This document shows positions 45,107-54,624 of a stretch of DNA of 64,000 nucleotides, piece after piece. The DNA is taken from IMG/VR virus record IMGVR_UViG_3300032093_014924; one strand, 5' to 3'. This stretch comes from a virus. Its lineage: Duplodnaviria; Heunggongvirae; Uroviricota; Caudoviricetes. The notes under the pieces were generated by a model, which was not told the DNA's origin, did not search any database, and worked only from the letters and a program-made list of their open reading frames with translations. Position 1 is the stretch's first letter, and each line of letters opens with the position of its first letter. A program made the translations under genes and the position numbers.

Positions 45107-45643
45107 TTAATTATTAAAGCATTTCCTACATATAGGTATATAAGTTTTTTTATCACCGATATACATCAAATCAGTATTATTAACCATTCTTTTAGAATAG
45201 TTTGCCAAATTTTTCTTACAGACCATACAAATTGAATTAATCTTATCAACTTTATCAGCAATTGAAAATAATTTAGACATTGTTATAAACGGATTTCTTT
45301 CATAATCCAAATCTAAACCACTTATTATTATTCTTTTACCTTCATCAGCCATTCTTAATACAATCTTGTATAAATCTTCATCAAAGAATTGAGCTTCATC
45401 TATTGCAATAACTTCATAATCTTTACTCTTATTGTAGATATCATCAATGTTATCGACAACAACAGCTTGTAATTCACCACATAAATCATGTGTTGCTATT
45501 GCATTATTTTCCTTTTCGTTTCTACTATCAATGTTAGGTTTGAAAACAATGAAACTTGTTTCAGAAATTATAACTCTTTTAATTCTTCTAATCAACTCTT
45601 CTGTTTTACCTGAAAACATAGGGCCACAAATAACCTCAATCAC
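45107..45643 (-). CDS. tdk: Thymidine kinase
   Basis: MIEVICGPMFSGKTEELIRR (P-loop) ... IAIDEAQFF ... C-terminal Cys-pair zinc ribbon (CMVC...CRKC). Confidence 0.85.
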   Translation of the reverse strand: MIEVICGPMFSGKTEELIRRIKRVIISETSFIVFKPNIDSRNEKENNAIATHDLCGELQAVVVDNIDDIYNKSKDYEVIAIDEAQFFDEDLYKIVLRMADEGKRIIISGLDLDYERNPFITMSKLFSIADKVDKINSICMVCKKNLANYSKRMVNNTDLMYIGDKKTYIPICRKCFNN

Positions 45644-45645
45644 TA

Positions 45646-46086
45646 TTACCTCCCTGTTCTACTTAAAGATTCGTCTTCAGATTGGTTTTCAGCATCGTAA
45701 AGACTTTTAATTGTTTCTCTAACATTTTCAATAACTTCAAATGTATGTTTTCTTAAGATACCGCTATGAGCCAAAAAGTCTGGTTCAGTAATTAATACTT
45801 TATCTTTATCCATGTCATAAGCGATATATGCTACAGCTTCTTCAGCAACAATCATTTTTTGCACATCGGTTAATTGTTCAAAAATGTTTTGATTAATAAT
45901 AATGATAACATCATCACCAGTTCTGTACTTTAACAAATCATTAGCCCTCATAACTTTAAAAATCTTTTTTGATTTGTTATCTGCTAATAACTTAATGTTT
46001 ACACTTGGTGGTAATGTTGATTGGTTAACAACCACTTCATCAAATAAACTTTCAATGTCCTCATAAGGTTCTTCAAATCTTGCCAT
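45646..46086 (-). CDS. hypothetical protein
   Basis: 146-aa ORF with the promoter motif upstream. Confidence 0.4.
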   Translation of the reverse strand: MARFEEPYEDIESLFDEVVVNQSTLPPSVNIKLLADNKSKKIFKVMRANDLLKYRTGDDVIIIINQNIFEQLTDVQKMIVAEEAVAYIAYDMDKDKVLITEPDFLAHSGILRKHTFEVIENVRETIKSLYDAENQSEDESLSRTGR

Positions 46087-46123
46087 AATTACTTTTTTTT
46101 TAACTTGTTATTTATAATACAAA

Positions 46124-46146
46124 TATACTAATAATAATCGAACTAA
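46124..46146 (-). promoter_or_regulatory. conserved upstream motif instance
   Basis: ataatacaaatatactaataata upstream of 45646-46086. Confidence 0.5.
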
Positions 46147-46157
46147 ACAAAAAAATG

Positions 46158-46258
46158 TTTTAATTTCGTGATATTTTTATTCTAAAATACTGTCGTAATT
46201 AAATACATATCAATTAGTTATAAAAATGTATTGCGTATAGCCTGTTGTTATGTGCAAG
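46158..46258. repeat. about 100-bp dispersed repeat, copy 2
   Basis: Near-identical to 28078-28175. Confidence 0.7.
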
Positions 46259-46259
46259 G

Positions 46260-46544
46260 CTACAGTTCAATTTCAATCAAAGATGTTTCGACAAGTTCAA
46301 ACCAGCATTGATTATATGAACCGCTACCATCATCTTCCCAATTTCTTTTAAAGCCAAGCATATACCATTCTTCTGCCTTTAAATCTTTAGTATCAATTTC
46401 ATTAACCGATTCCCAAAGTTTATCAAAATCTTTTTTTACCAATGTTTCATTATCTCCAATTGAAGCAACTCTCAAATCAAATTCTTCAAAAGAAATTGAG
46501 CCATCAACTACGCTACTGTGTGTATAAATTTCAACGTAAATCAT
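46260..46544 (-). CDS. hypothetical protein on a G+C-rich island
   Basis: 94-aa ORF with distinctly higher G+C codon usage. Confidence 0.4.
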   Translation of the reverse strand: MIYVEIYTHSSVVDGSISFEEFDLRVASIGDNETLVKKDFDKLWESVNEIDTKDLKAEEWYMLGFKRNWEDDGSGSYNQCWFELVETSLIEIEL

Positions 46545-46714
46545 TTCATTTCAAATTAAATTTAGTGCTGATAAACCGCCCAGCACATAACATCGGTTTG
46601 GCAAAATTGGGGTTGACTTTTTTCTATCATTTTTTGTAGTTATTTAAACATTAGTAATTTTTATCTGTTTTTGTAGGTATTATCACACACTTCACCAAAC
46701 TGTAGTCATTAGGT

Positions 46715-46897
46715 TTAATCATTAATTTGTTTTGAATCATCTATTGGTTTCACATCTGGAAGTTCGTTTATCCCCTGTTTTCCAATTGACTCAATAACAT
46801 TCAACATTGGATGGTCTTTATCCATTTCAGTAAGTCCATCTAATAGACCACTCTCTTCCCATTTTTTGATAATTTCTTCTTTTCGTTTATTTTCCAT
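46715..46897 (-). CDS. hypothetical protein
   Basis: 60-aa ORF, G+C-rich. Confidence 0.3.
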   Translation of the reverse strand: MENKRKEEIIKKWEESGLLDGLTEMDKDHPMLNVIESIGKQGINELPDVKPIDDSKQIND

Positions 46898-46985
46898 ATT
46901 TATATTTTTTACAAAGGTAAAACAAATTAATGACTAAACCTAACAAATGATAAACAACATTAAAACGATTGTTTATCATCGGACG

Positions 46986-47324
46986 TTATAAGCCATTTTG
47001 ACGAGCTACTACAACCATTCCGACCTCTGGATGATATTGGATAGCACATTTATATTCAGCAGCTAATTGATAAAACTTTTCAAGAAACTCCTTATGCTTA
47101 CCTTCTGGAGTGTTGTGGTTAAGTTCAATCCTTTGCCCTTCTAAACTTGCTTTTCTTAACCCTATTTCAATTCCGTGTTTAATTCCTCTATCCCAAGTTT
47201 CTCTCATTTCAACTTTAGAGTATTTATGAGTTCCAAAAAGCAAACTTAATCCGCTTTCTTTTTCTTGAAAAGATGTATCTCCTTTCATTTCTTCTCTGAA
47301 AATGTGTTCAATTCGTAAGTCCAT
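46986..47324 (-). CDS. hypothetical protein (G+C-rich island)
   Basis: 112-aa ORF. Confidence 0.4.
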   Translation of the reverse strand: MDLRIEHIFREEMKGDTSFQEKESGLSLLFGTHKYSKVEMRETWDRGIKHGIEIGLRKASLEGQRIELNHNTPEGKHKEFLEKFYQLAAEYKCAIQYHPEVGMVVVARQNGL

Positions 47325-47478
47325 TTATTTTTGATTTGTGAAGAAAAACGGCTTATAACAGCACATTGCCAAAAGTGGCGGTTTAGTGCTAATATCAACT
47401 GTTGTGCTTCGGTTTAACATTTGTGTTTATATCAAGTTTAGTGCTTCGATTTCGCCACCTTCGGCAATCTGCGGAACG

Positions 47479-47736
47479 TTATAGGTAATGCTTGACGAAC
47501 CTATCTACTTTTGCTTGGCATTCTGCTTTACCTAAAAATTTTTGATACCATACCATTTGTTTAGTCTTTGTTTCAATTACAGCAATATCCATAATTAACC
47601 CTTCATCACTTCCATATTCTAATGATTTAATTGCATCTTCAATAGTATTATGTTCATTATAATCAGTAACACCGAATCTATCAAAAATTGAAACAAAAGC
47701 ACTACCTATAACAACAGGTTGTTTATTACTACTCAT
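47479..47736 (-). CDS. hypothetical protein
   Basis: 85-aa ORF. Confidence 0.35.
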   Translation of the reverse strand: MSSNKQPVVIGSAFVSIFDRFGVTDYNEHNTIEDAIKSLEYGSDEGLIMDIAVIETKTKQMVWYQKFLGKAECQAKVDRFVKHYL

Positions 47737-47744
47737 TTTTTTAG

Positions 47745-48737
47745 TTATTCGGTTATATTGTTTTCAATAATTCTTAATTTATTTATCACTTCTTTTTGTT
47801 CTTCTGTTATGCTTTTTGGTATTGATATATCAGCAATAACAAATAAATCACCACGTGAATTGCTTTTAAATTTATTTAATCCTTTTTGTGGTATTCTAAA
47901 CATTTTATTTAATTCAGTATGTTCTGGTATGTTAATTCTTATTTTACCACCATCAATCGTTTCTATATCTATTTTATCACCTAATACTAATTGGTCATAT
48001 CTTAGCTTAACATTTAACTTTAAATCATCACCAGACCTAACATACGTGTCATGTGGTAATTCTTTAATTCTGACGATTAGATTACCATTTATACCATTCC
48101 TAACAGCATTACCTCTACCATTTATATTAAAACCCATATTTTCAAAAACACCTTTTGGTATTTCTAATTCTATTTCGTCTGTTATCTTTTTAGTACCACT
48201 ACCATTACAATCACCACAAACATCCTCATAAACAATACCATCACCTTCACAAACATTACAAGTTGTTGCTTGTTGGAAATAACCAAATGGTGTTTGTGTT
48301 ACATTAATAATAACACCATCACCATTACATTTAGGGCAAGTCTTAGAATTTGTACCACCATGACCATTACATGTTTTACAACTATCCAATCTATCAAATC
48401 TATATTTGTTTTTTACACCATTATGTATCTCGTTAAGATTTAATTTAATTTCTAATAAAACATCACTACCAATCTTTTGTGGTTTCGCAAAATCATTAAA
48501 ATCAAATATTGAACGTCTTTTTTCTGTACCAAATCTATCATAATTTGACCTTTTTTCATCATCAGATAATACACCATAAGCCTCAGATATGTCTTTAAAT
48601 TTTTCTTCAGCTTCTTTGTTGTCAGGATTCTTATCTGGATGATATTGCTTTGCCAACGTTCTATAGGCTTTTTTAATCTCATCCTTTGTTGCATCTTTAG
48701 CAACGTTTAAAATAGCATAATAATCTTTCTTTGACAT
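47745..48737 (-). CDS. dnaJ: DnaJ (Hsp40) chaperone
   Basis: J domain DYYAILNV...[16 protein letters not shown]. Four CxxCxGxG zinc-finger repeats. C-terminal substrate-binding domains. Confidence 0.85.
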   Translation of the reverse strand: MSKKDYYAILNVAKDATKDEIKKAYRTLAKQYHPDKNPDNKEAEEKFKDISEAYGVLSDDEKRSNYDRFGTEKRRSIFDFNDFAKPQKIGSDVLLEIKLNLNEIHNGVKNKYRFDRLDSCKTCNGHGGTNSKTCPKCNGDGVIINVTQTPFGYFQQATTCNVCEGDGIVYEDVCGDCNGSGTKKITDEIELEIPKGVFENMGFNINGRGNAVRNGINGNLIVRIKELPHDTYVRSGDDLKLNVKLRYDQLVLGDKIDIETIDGGKIRINIPEHTELNKMFRIPQKGLNKFKSNSRGDLFVIADISIPKSITEEQKEVINKLRIIENNITE

Positions 48738-48792
48738 AGCTTTATTTACTTTTTAACAAAAATACTATATATTTATGATATAAACAAACAAA

Positions 48793-49449
48793 ATGACATA
48801 TAGAGTAGTTTTATTAAGTAATGGTGAATATAAAAAAACCTTGTATAGATGTAAAACAAGGGAATCAGCTTTCATAAAATTCCATAAATTAAAAAAAGCT
48901 AATAATGTTTATTTCCCTAAAAAATACTTAAACACAAAAAAAATAAAACCAGTTAAGTTTCAAATATGTGTAACTAAACCTACTGAAGATACAGATACTT
49001 TTAGATTACTAAGAGATGATTATGGTAAAGTATATGTAGAAAAACCATTAGGTGATTGGACTATATTACATTCTGATTCATACGAAGTTGAAGAAAAATT
49101 CTGGATATTCGGACATGACTCTAAAAAAAATAGACCAACAATTAAAGAAATTGTTAAAAAACTAATGGTTAACGCATATTCAGCTAAATTAGTGAAACAA
49201 GTAATCGTAGTTAATAACAAATTAGTTATTTATAACGAAACAGACTTTGATTTAGTCCTATGCAAAAACACTGAAGATGCACAAAGATTACATCATACAC
49301 TACATAAGATAGCCAAAAAACATAGATATAGACATCTTATGTTTATGGGCACTGCCAGTAAATATATGATAAGTGTTATGTATGACTTAATAGTTGAAAA
49401 AACAGGTTGGGATTACCCAAAAGTTAGAAGAATGACCACAAGACCTTAA
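48793..49449 (+). CDS. hypothetical protein (plus strand)
   Basis: 218-aa ORF divergent from dnaJ. Confidence 0.4.
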   Translation: MTYRVVLLSNGEYKKTLYRCKTRESAFIKFHKLKKANNVYFPKKYLNTKKIKPVKFQICVTKPTEDTDTFRLLRDDYGKVYVEKPLGDWTILHSDSYEVEEKFWIFGHDSKKNRPTIKEIVKKLMVNAYSAKLVKQVIVVNNKLVIYNETDFDLVLCKNTEDAQRLHHTLHKIAKKHRYRHLMFMGTASKYMISVMYDLIVEKTGWDYPKVRRMTTRP

Positions 49450-49450
49450 A

Positions 49451-49915
49451 TTAACTTTCAAGTGGTTTAGTGGAATCAATTGAAAAAGTAGTTTTTATAT
49501 CATTAATAATACCATTTATCCTTTCCATATCTGGTTCTGAAACAATTACAGGGTTTATACACTCAATTCTTTCAACACCATCTGTTGGTAAAAAGAATGC
49601 TAAAACATTTGATTGTTTCTCATGTAACATTCTATTAACAGATTCAGCAAAAGGACCAATAATTTCTTTATTAGCCATTAAATCCCTATCAAGATAAAAA
49701 ACTAAAATTAATGGATGTGGATTAGTAAATTCTTTTTCAATAACATCACTTAACTTGTAATCCTCACCTTCAAAATAATTTGATAGATATTCATTAACTA
49801 TATTGTTAACCTCTTTCTTATCTTTAGCGATTGTTGCTTGTACATTAACTTTATTATGACGATAATAAACGATAATGTCACTATTGCTTAATTGTTTAAT
49901 TACTATTCTTTTCAT
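49451..49915 (-). CDS. hypothetical protein
   Basis: 154-aa ORF. Confidence 0.4.
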   Translation of the reverse strand: MKRIVIKQLSNSDIIVYYRHNKVNVQATIAKDKKEVNNIVNEYLSNYFEGEDYKLSDVIEKEFTNPHPLILVFYLDRDLMANKEIIGPFAESVNRMLHEKQSNVLAFFLPTDGVERIECINPVIVSEPDMERINGIINDIKTTFSIDSTKPLES

Positions 49916-49918
49916 ATC

Positions 49919-51349
49919 TTACAAACTTATTTTTGAATATCTTTCTGAGTTAACAATATCTAACATTATTTTTTCTGGTGAATAGTCAACATCACCTAAA
50001 ATATTTTTAAGTAATGTTGGTGAAAAACCACTAACTAAACAAACACCACTCTTATCGTATTTTACTGGGAAATTATTATTAGCACCATTTAAATTCCAGT
50101 AAATAACACTAGGCATTTTATAACCAGCATCATTATACATCCTTTCAATCATCTCTTGTGCAGATGTATTATATTTAACACCTTGATTAAACTGCATATC
50201 TGACAATATCACAAGTGTATCTGGCATTTCATCAGCTGAAACTTTGTTTTTAACAGCTGAATTTAATACTAAATTGAAAACACTCTCTAAATTGGTTGAC
50301 ATACCCCAATGAGAATTGCTCATTTGGATAAACCTTTCACTTAAAGTACCTTTAAGTATTTCTAATGTCGGTGATGATGAAAATGTAACAAAACCATCTT
50401 TAAATAACCCTTGATTTCTTTCAGAAATGTATATACCTAAAGATATAGCAACATCTAAACATGTTATTGTTTTACTACTACCAGCAGGACATGACATAGA
50501 ACCAGAAACATCTACGATAGGTAATAGTCTTTTTTTATTACCTTCCATATAATTAGGTAATGAATTCCATTGAACATCCGCACCATCTTTATTACCATAA
50601 CGCATATTTTTAATAATATCGTATGGATATACTGCACCAGCTTTAATAGTGGTTTTACCTGTCTTAACATCATTAATAAAAGATAAAAATCTTTCTTTAT
50701 CATGTCTAATAAATACTGACATGTAATCACTCATGGCTTTTGATGGTATTTTATTATATTCAATAGAACCCCATTTATTAGAACACATAAGTTGTTCAAC
50801 AGTATTTGACAAGTCACTTAGTAATATTCTATATTCTTTAGGTGACAATCCTAAACTTTTTCTAATTTGATTAGCCCAACGTTTTTTATCTTTATTATTA
50901 ACATTAGGTCTTGGTAACCATTTTGCACATAACCCGTCTTTGGCTTTTAAACCCTCTCTAATGAGCGTTAATACGTTATCCTTTGCCTTGGTATCAATCA
51001 AAGGTAACATGTCATCCCATCGCCCATATTCGCTAATTAAATGGATATTATTAATTAACGTATTTAAATCGTTATCAGCAAGGTAAGTAATAACATCTTT
51101 AAAGATTTGACGTTCACCTGCACCTTCTCTTACATCACGACTCCAAAATAAAATTTTAAGTGCTATTAATTTATTCTCATGGTATGCTTTAATGAAGTTA
51201 TTCATCAACGTTTGCTTATTGTGTTTACCTCTTAACGCACCAATACTGAAAAACAAATCAACACAATGATTGCTTGTCGTACTATTAGCCAACATACCAT
51301 TTGTTGTTAGCGTATCATTACTTGTCATACCGTTAAATAAGTTACTCAT
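49919..51349 (-). CDS. vWA-domain protein, possibly Ro60/TROVE-like
   Basis: C-terminal LPIVDVSGSMS...TFSS...SDM = von Willebrand A MIDAS motif (DxSxS...T...D). The N-terminal about 260-aa helical domain is of uncertain identity. Confidence 0.4.
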   Translation of the reverse strand: MSNLFNGMTSNDTLTTNGMLANSTTSNHCVDLFFSIGALRGKHNKQTLMNNFIKAYHENKLIALKILFWSRDVREGAGERQIFKDVITYLADNDLNTLINNIHLISEYGRWDDMLPLIDTKAKDNVLTLIREGLKAKDGLCAKWLPRPNVNNKDKKRWANQIRKSLGLSPKEYRILLSDLSNTVEQLMCSNKWGSIEYNKIPSKAMSDYMSVFIRHDKERFLSFINDVKTGKTTIKAGAVYPYDIIKNMRYGNKDGADVQWNSLPNYMEGNKKRLLPIVDVSGSMSCPAGSSKTITCLDVAISLGIYISERNQGLFKDGFVTFSSSPTLEILKGTLSERFIQMSNSHWGMSTNLESVFNLVLNSAVKNKVSADEMPDTLVILSDMQFNQGVKYNTSAQEMIERMYNDAGYKMPSVIYWNLNGANNNFPVKYDKSGVCLVSGFSPTLLKNILGDVDYSPEKIMLDIVNSERYSKISL

Positions 51350-51420
51350 AAGTCGTTTTTAAATCTTTATACAAAGATACTACATTTTAAACCTAAAAAA
51401 CAAATTTTTTTTAAAAAAAA

Positions 51421-51645
51421 TTAAGGTAATTTAACAAATTTAACTAATATCCCATCAATCTCTACCTCAAACTCATCATTTGGTGTGAATGTCTTAGAAT
51501 ATTGATTAGTTTGTCTGAATAATTCTTCGTTTAACGCTGTATGTTCTTGATTTGTAAGGCTATAAGTTAAAGTTAACCCATTTTTATAGATATTAGGTTC
51601 TTGGATAATAGCTGATATTGTTTCTATTAGTTTTTCGTAAGTCAT
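51421..51645 (-). CDS. hypothetical protein
   Basis: 74-aa ORF. Confidence 0.35.
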   Translation of the reverse strand: MTYEKLIETISAIIQEPNIYKNGLTLTYSLTNQEHTALNEELFRQTNQYSKTFTPNDEFEVEIDGILVKFVKLP

Positions 51646-51647
51646 GA

Positions 51648-51869
51648 TTAAATTGTTTTGAAAAAATTTTTAATTGATTCTTTTAATTTAACGTACCATG
51701 GTTTTTTTATTATTTTTATGGTTGTTAAATTTTTTTTCATTTCATCACCTAAACCATTTTTTAATTCGTTAATGAATTGTTGTTTTTTTAAAGAAGTCAA
51801 ATACTCGTCATTTTTTGCTTCTTTTTCAAGTTTTTTAAGCTCTCTTACTAATAAGTCTTTATTATTCAT
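51648..51869 (-). CDS. hypothetical protein
   Basis: 73-aa ORF. Confidence 0.35.
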   Translation of the reverse strand: MNNKDLLVRELKKLEKEAKNDEYLTSLKKQQFINELKNGLGDEMKKNLTTIKIIKKPWYVKLKESIKNFFKTI

Positions 51870-52399
51870 ATTTTAATTATTTTTTCTTTCATATCACGGT
51901 ATAAAGGTAACGGTATTCTTTTTTTTGAGAACCATCCACATTTTAGATTTTCATCATCTAATTTAGCTTTAAATTCATCTTCAGTAAAACCTTCATAATA
52001 ATGAAATGTAACCCCATCATCATTTTTAACCACATTTATTTTTTTAAAATCAATTATATCAGGGTTTATTGAGATTTCTTCTTTTATTTCTCTCTTTAAC
52101 CCTTCTAAAATATCTTCATTTTTTTCTATATGTCCAGCAACACATGACCAAGTTGGTTTTTTATCATTTCTTAATAATAAGAATATTCTATCAGTTGATA
52201 AACATTTAATAAGTACTCCAGCGGCAACATTTGGTTTTGTTGAATAATTATTAGAATTATCATGACCACATTTATGGCAAACATATTTATCATGTTCATC
52301 AGAGTCTACTGTATTCCAAGACCAACCACAGCTTGAGCAATTAACTATTTTATTTATTTCTTCTTTTAATAGTTTAGTTATTATAATTTTGTTGTCCAT
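51866..52399 (-). CDS. NUDIX hydrolase with N-terminal zinc ribbon
   Basis: GHIEKNEDILEGLKREIKEEISI = Nudix box Gx5Ex7REUxEExGU. N-terminal CSSCGW...CHKCGH. Confidence 0.7.
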   Translation of the reverse strand: MDNKIIITKLLKEEINKIVNCSSCGWSWNTVDSDEHDKYVCHKCGHDNSNNYSTKPNVAAGVLIKCLSTDRIFLLLRNDKKPTWSCVAGHIEKNEDILEGLKREIKEEISINPDIIDFKKINVVKNDDGVTFHYYEGFTEDEFKAKLDDENLKCGWFSKKRIPLPLYRDMKEKIIKI

Positions 52400-52481
52400 A
52401 TGATTTATTTATTTATTTATTTAAATAAATATTTACAAATATACTAAAAAAAATATAATTTATATATAGTTAACAAAGATT

Positions 52482-52808
52482 ATGAACACATTATTATTTA
52501 TTTTACTTTCTTATGGTATAACAAATATTTTATTATTTGGTAGTATTTTCTCTGGTTGGAGAAATTTTTGCTTAAAATATAGCCCTAATTTTTTTGGTAA
52601 GTTATTCACTTGTCCTATGTGTCTTTCGACATGGGTTGGTTTTATTCTATCTTATTTTTTTTCTTATTTAAATTATGAAACACCATTTACAACATATGGT
52701 GTTGATATTTTGTATCTAAAGATTTTCTTAGATGGTTGTTTTACTAGCGGTTGTGTTTGGTTAATTCATAATTTTGAAGAAGCGTTTGAAAGACACCACA
52801 AAAAATAA
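52482..52808 (+). CDS. membrane protein (plus strand)
   Basis: 108 aa with three hydrophobic helices, followed by a terminator hairpin. Confidence 0.4.
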   Translation: MNTLLFILLSYGITNILLFGSIFSGWRNFCLKYSPNFFGKLFTCPMCLSTWVGFILSYFFSYLNYETPFTTYGVDILYLKIFLDGCFTSGCVWLIHNFEEAFERHHKK

Positions 52809-52815
52809 AATAAAA

Positions 52816-52842
52816 AAACCACATTAATTATGTGGTTTTTTT
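52816..52842. terminator. bidirectional intrinsic terminator AAACCACATtaatTATGTGGTTTTTTT
   Basis: 7-bp stem + T-run between convergent genes 52482-52808(+) and 52828-53430(-). Confidence 0.6.
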
Positions 52843-53430
52843 ATTCTTCAACATTTTTCTGTTTATTTCAGCTCTTTTTTCTTCCTCTATCATTTCAAGT
52901 TCTTCTTCACTTAATTGAAGAGGATTACCATGTTCATCTAAATATGGTATTTCATTTATAACATTTGTAGATTCTTCATTAATGGTTTCTTCGTAATAAG
53001 TATCATTTGTAATAGGTTCTGGTGTTTCTTCATTTATTGATGTATTATCAATCATTGGTAGAAAGTCATCATCATGAGAATTAAAAACAAATTTTAACTC
53101 TTTTAATTTCTCTAATGAATTTTCTTTAAATAATTTTTTTAACTCATTAAACTTTACTTTTAACAATTCTTGTTTCTTTTCATGTTCAATGTTTAAATTA
53201 ATTATTTTTCTAACATTCTCTAATAATTCATCAATACCTATTTCATTTGTTTCGCTATAAAACATAAAATAGTTGACTTCATCATTACCTTTTACTTTTT
53301 TAATTTTTGGGTCGTTTGTAACAACCCAATCATTTTTAAATACAACATCTATAAGCGGTTTACCATCTAAGTATCTAATACCTATAACATAAGGTTGTAA
53401 TGATTCTAATGTTTTTTGGATGTTAGCCAT
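52828..53430 (-). CDS. hypothetical protein, acidic C-terminus
   Basis: 200-aa ORF. Confidence 0.4.
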   Translation of the reverse strand: MANIQKTLESLQPYVIGIRYLDGKPLIDVVFKNDWVVTNDPKIKKVKGNDEVNYFMFYSETNEIGIDELLENVRKIINLNIEHEKKQELLKVKFNELKKLFKENSLEKLKELKFVFNSHDDDFLPMIDNTSINEETPEPITNDTYYEETINEESTNVINEIPYLDEHGNPLQLSEEELEMIEEEKRAEINRKMLKNKKTT

Positions 53431-53437
53431 ATTAAAT

Positions 53438-53644
53438 TTAAAAAAGCGTGATTAAAACAGTTAATACATATGATATTGATAATCCTAATAAAATTAATGA
53501 TTTTTCACTTAATTTATATTTAACTGGTTCTATTTGTTCATCTGTATTATTACTATTGACTATAATTGTTTGAAACAAAAAATAACCATGTCTTACAATA
53601 TTCAATATTGATAAGAAAAACAAAATCATTAATATTTTATCCAT
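53438..53644 (-). CDS. small membrane protein
   Basis: 68 aa with two TM helices. Confidence 0.35.
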   Translation of the reverse strand: MDKILMILFFLSILNIVRHGYFLFQTIIVNSNNTDEQIEPVKYKLSEKSLILLGLSISYVLTVLITLF

Positions 53645-53664
53645 GATATAAAAATATGATAGTA

Positions 53665-53886
53665 TTAGTTATTTTTCTTTGCGTCAGATACATTAACCCT
53701 TAAAGTTTGTGCTAATGCTTTAACTTCTTGCATACCTTTTCTAAGTCTGGTACCAGCAGATTTGTTTTCTTTTTCAAAGAATTTGTTTGCATCATTTTCT
53801 AATGATAGGATTAAGTTTTTTAGTTCTAGAAATGTTTCCATAAATTTTAATTTAATTATTGTTATTATTGTTATTATTTTCGTCAC
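53665..53886 (-). CDS. hypothetical protein
   Basis: 73-aa ORF. Confidence 0.3.
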   Translation of the reverse strand: MTKIITIITIIKLKFMETFLELKNLILSLENDANKFFEKENKSAGTRLRKGMQEVKALAQTLRVNVSDAKKNN

Positions 53887-54079
53887 GTTTTAACATATTT
53901 GTTAATTTGTTTAAATTATGTTCTAACGTGTTTATTTTGCTTAATTGTTCTTTAATTTTACTTATTTTTTCATTAATGTCAATATTTGAATTCATTAACC
54001 TCTCTAATTCGTCTTCTGACTTCAATATATCAGAAGTTAATTCCATAGTTAAGATTTGAAATACCCTATTATAATCCAT
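53852..54079 (-). CDS. hypothetical coiled-coil protein with poly-Asn tail
   Basis: 75 aa. Promoter motif abuts the ATG. Confidence 0.4.
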   Translation of the reverse strand: MDYNRVFQILTMELTSDILKSEDELERLMNSNIDINEKISKIKEQLSKINTLEHNLNKLTNMLKRDENNNNNNNN

Positions 54080-54100
54080 ATAACAAATATACTAACTTTA
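54080..54100 (-). promoter_or_regulatory. conserved upstream motif instance
   Basis: taacaaatatactaactttaa abutting the ATG of 53852-54079. Confidence 0.5.
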
Positions 54101-54121
54101 ATTCAGTATATCAATACTTTT

Positions 54122-54538
54122 TTAATCTTTTTTTTCTAATATCTTATATATTTCAATTAAGACATCTAATTCAGATTTAGTTTTTGGTTTAACATAATCA
54201 AAAACATCTAACCAAAACTTTAAACTTTTTTTATCGGTATAATCACTATCTTTATTAGTGTTATTATAAAAAGTTTCATTTAGAAACTGAAAAAAATATT
54301 CCTTTGATTTTTCATTTGTTAAATGAAAACCTTCTTTTAAAAAATTATCTACGTTTTTATCCCAACACCAATCATAATGTTTTTTCTGTTGTTTTTTATT
54401 TGTTATATCATCACCTAAATAAGTGTCATATATTAACATTAATAATGATTGTACAAAATCACTATATAATTCACATCTTTCAAATTTTATATTATTTGCT
54501 ATATATGTGACATTTATGTTATTATTGTTTGTTCCCAT
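54122..54538 (-). CDS. hypothetical protein
   Basis: 138-aa ORF. Confidence 0.4.
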   Translation of the reverse strand: MGTNNNNINVTYIANNIKFERCELYSDFVQSLLMLIYDTYLGDDITNKKQQKKHYDWCWDKNVDNFLKEGFHLTNEKSKEYFFQFLNETFYNNTNKDSDYTDKKSLKFWLDVFDYVKPKTKSELDVLIEIYKILEKKD

Positions 54539-54592
54539 TATTAATATATAATTTAAATAAAATTATTTATTAATAAATAGTTAAAACAAACA

Positions 54593-54622
54593 AAAAACCC
54601 CTACATTTGTAGGGGTTTTTTT
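54593..54622. terminator. intrinsic terminator CCCCTACAtttgTAGGGGTTTTTTT
   Basis: 7-bp G+C stem flanked by an A-run and a T-run (bidirectional), 3' of ORF 54625-56736. Confidence 0.6.
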
Positions 54623-54624
54623 AA

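Noticed and set aside
47719-48231. 170-aa plus-strand ORF
   Set aside because: It lies entirely inside and antisense to the well-supported dnaJ gene.
53852-54079. Poly-Asn C-terminal tail (AAT/AAC run)
   Set aside because: This is low-complexity coding sequence typical of AT-rich genomes, not a distinct repeat element.
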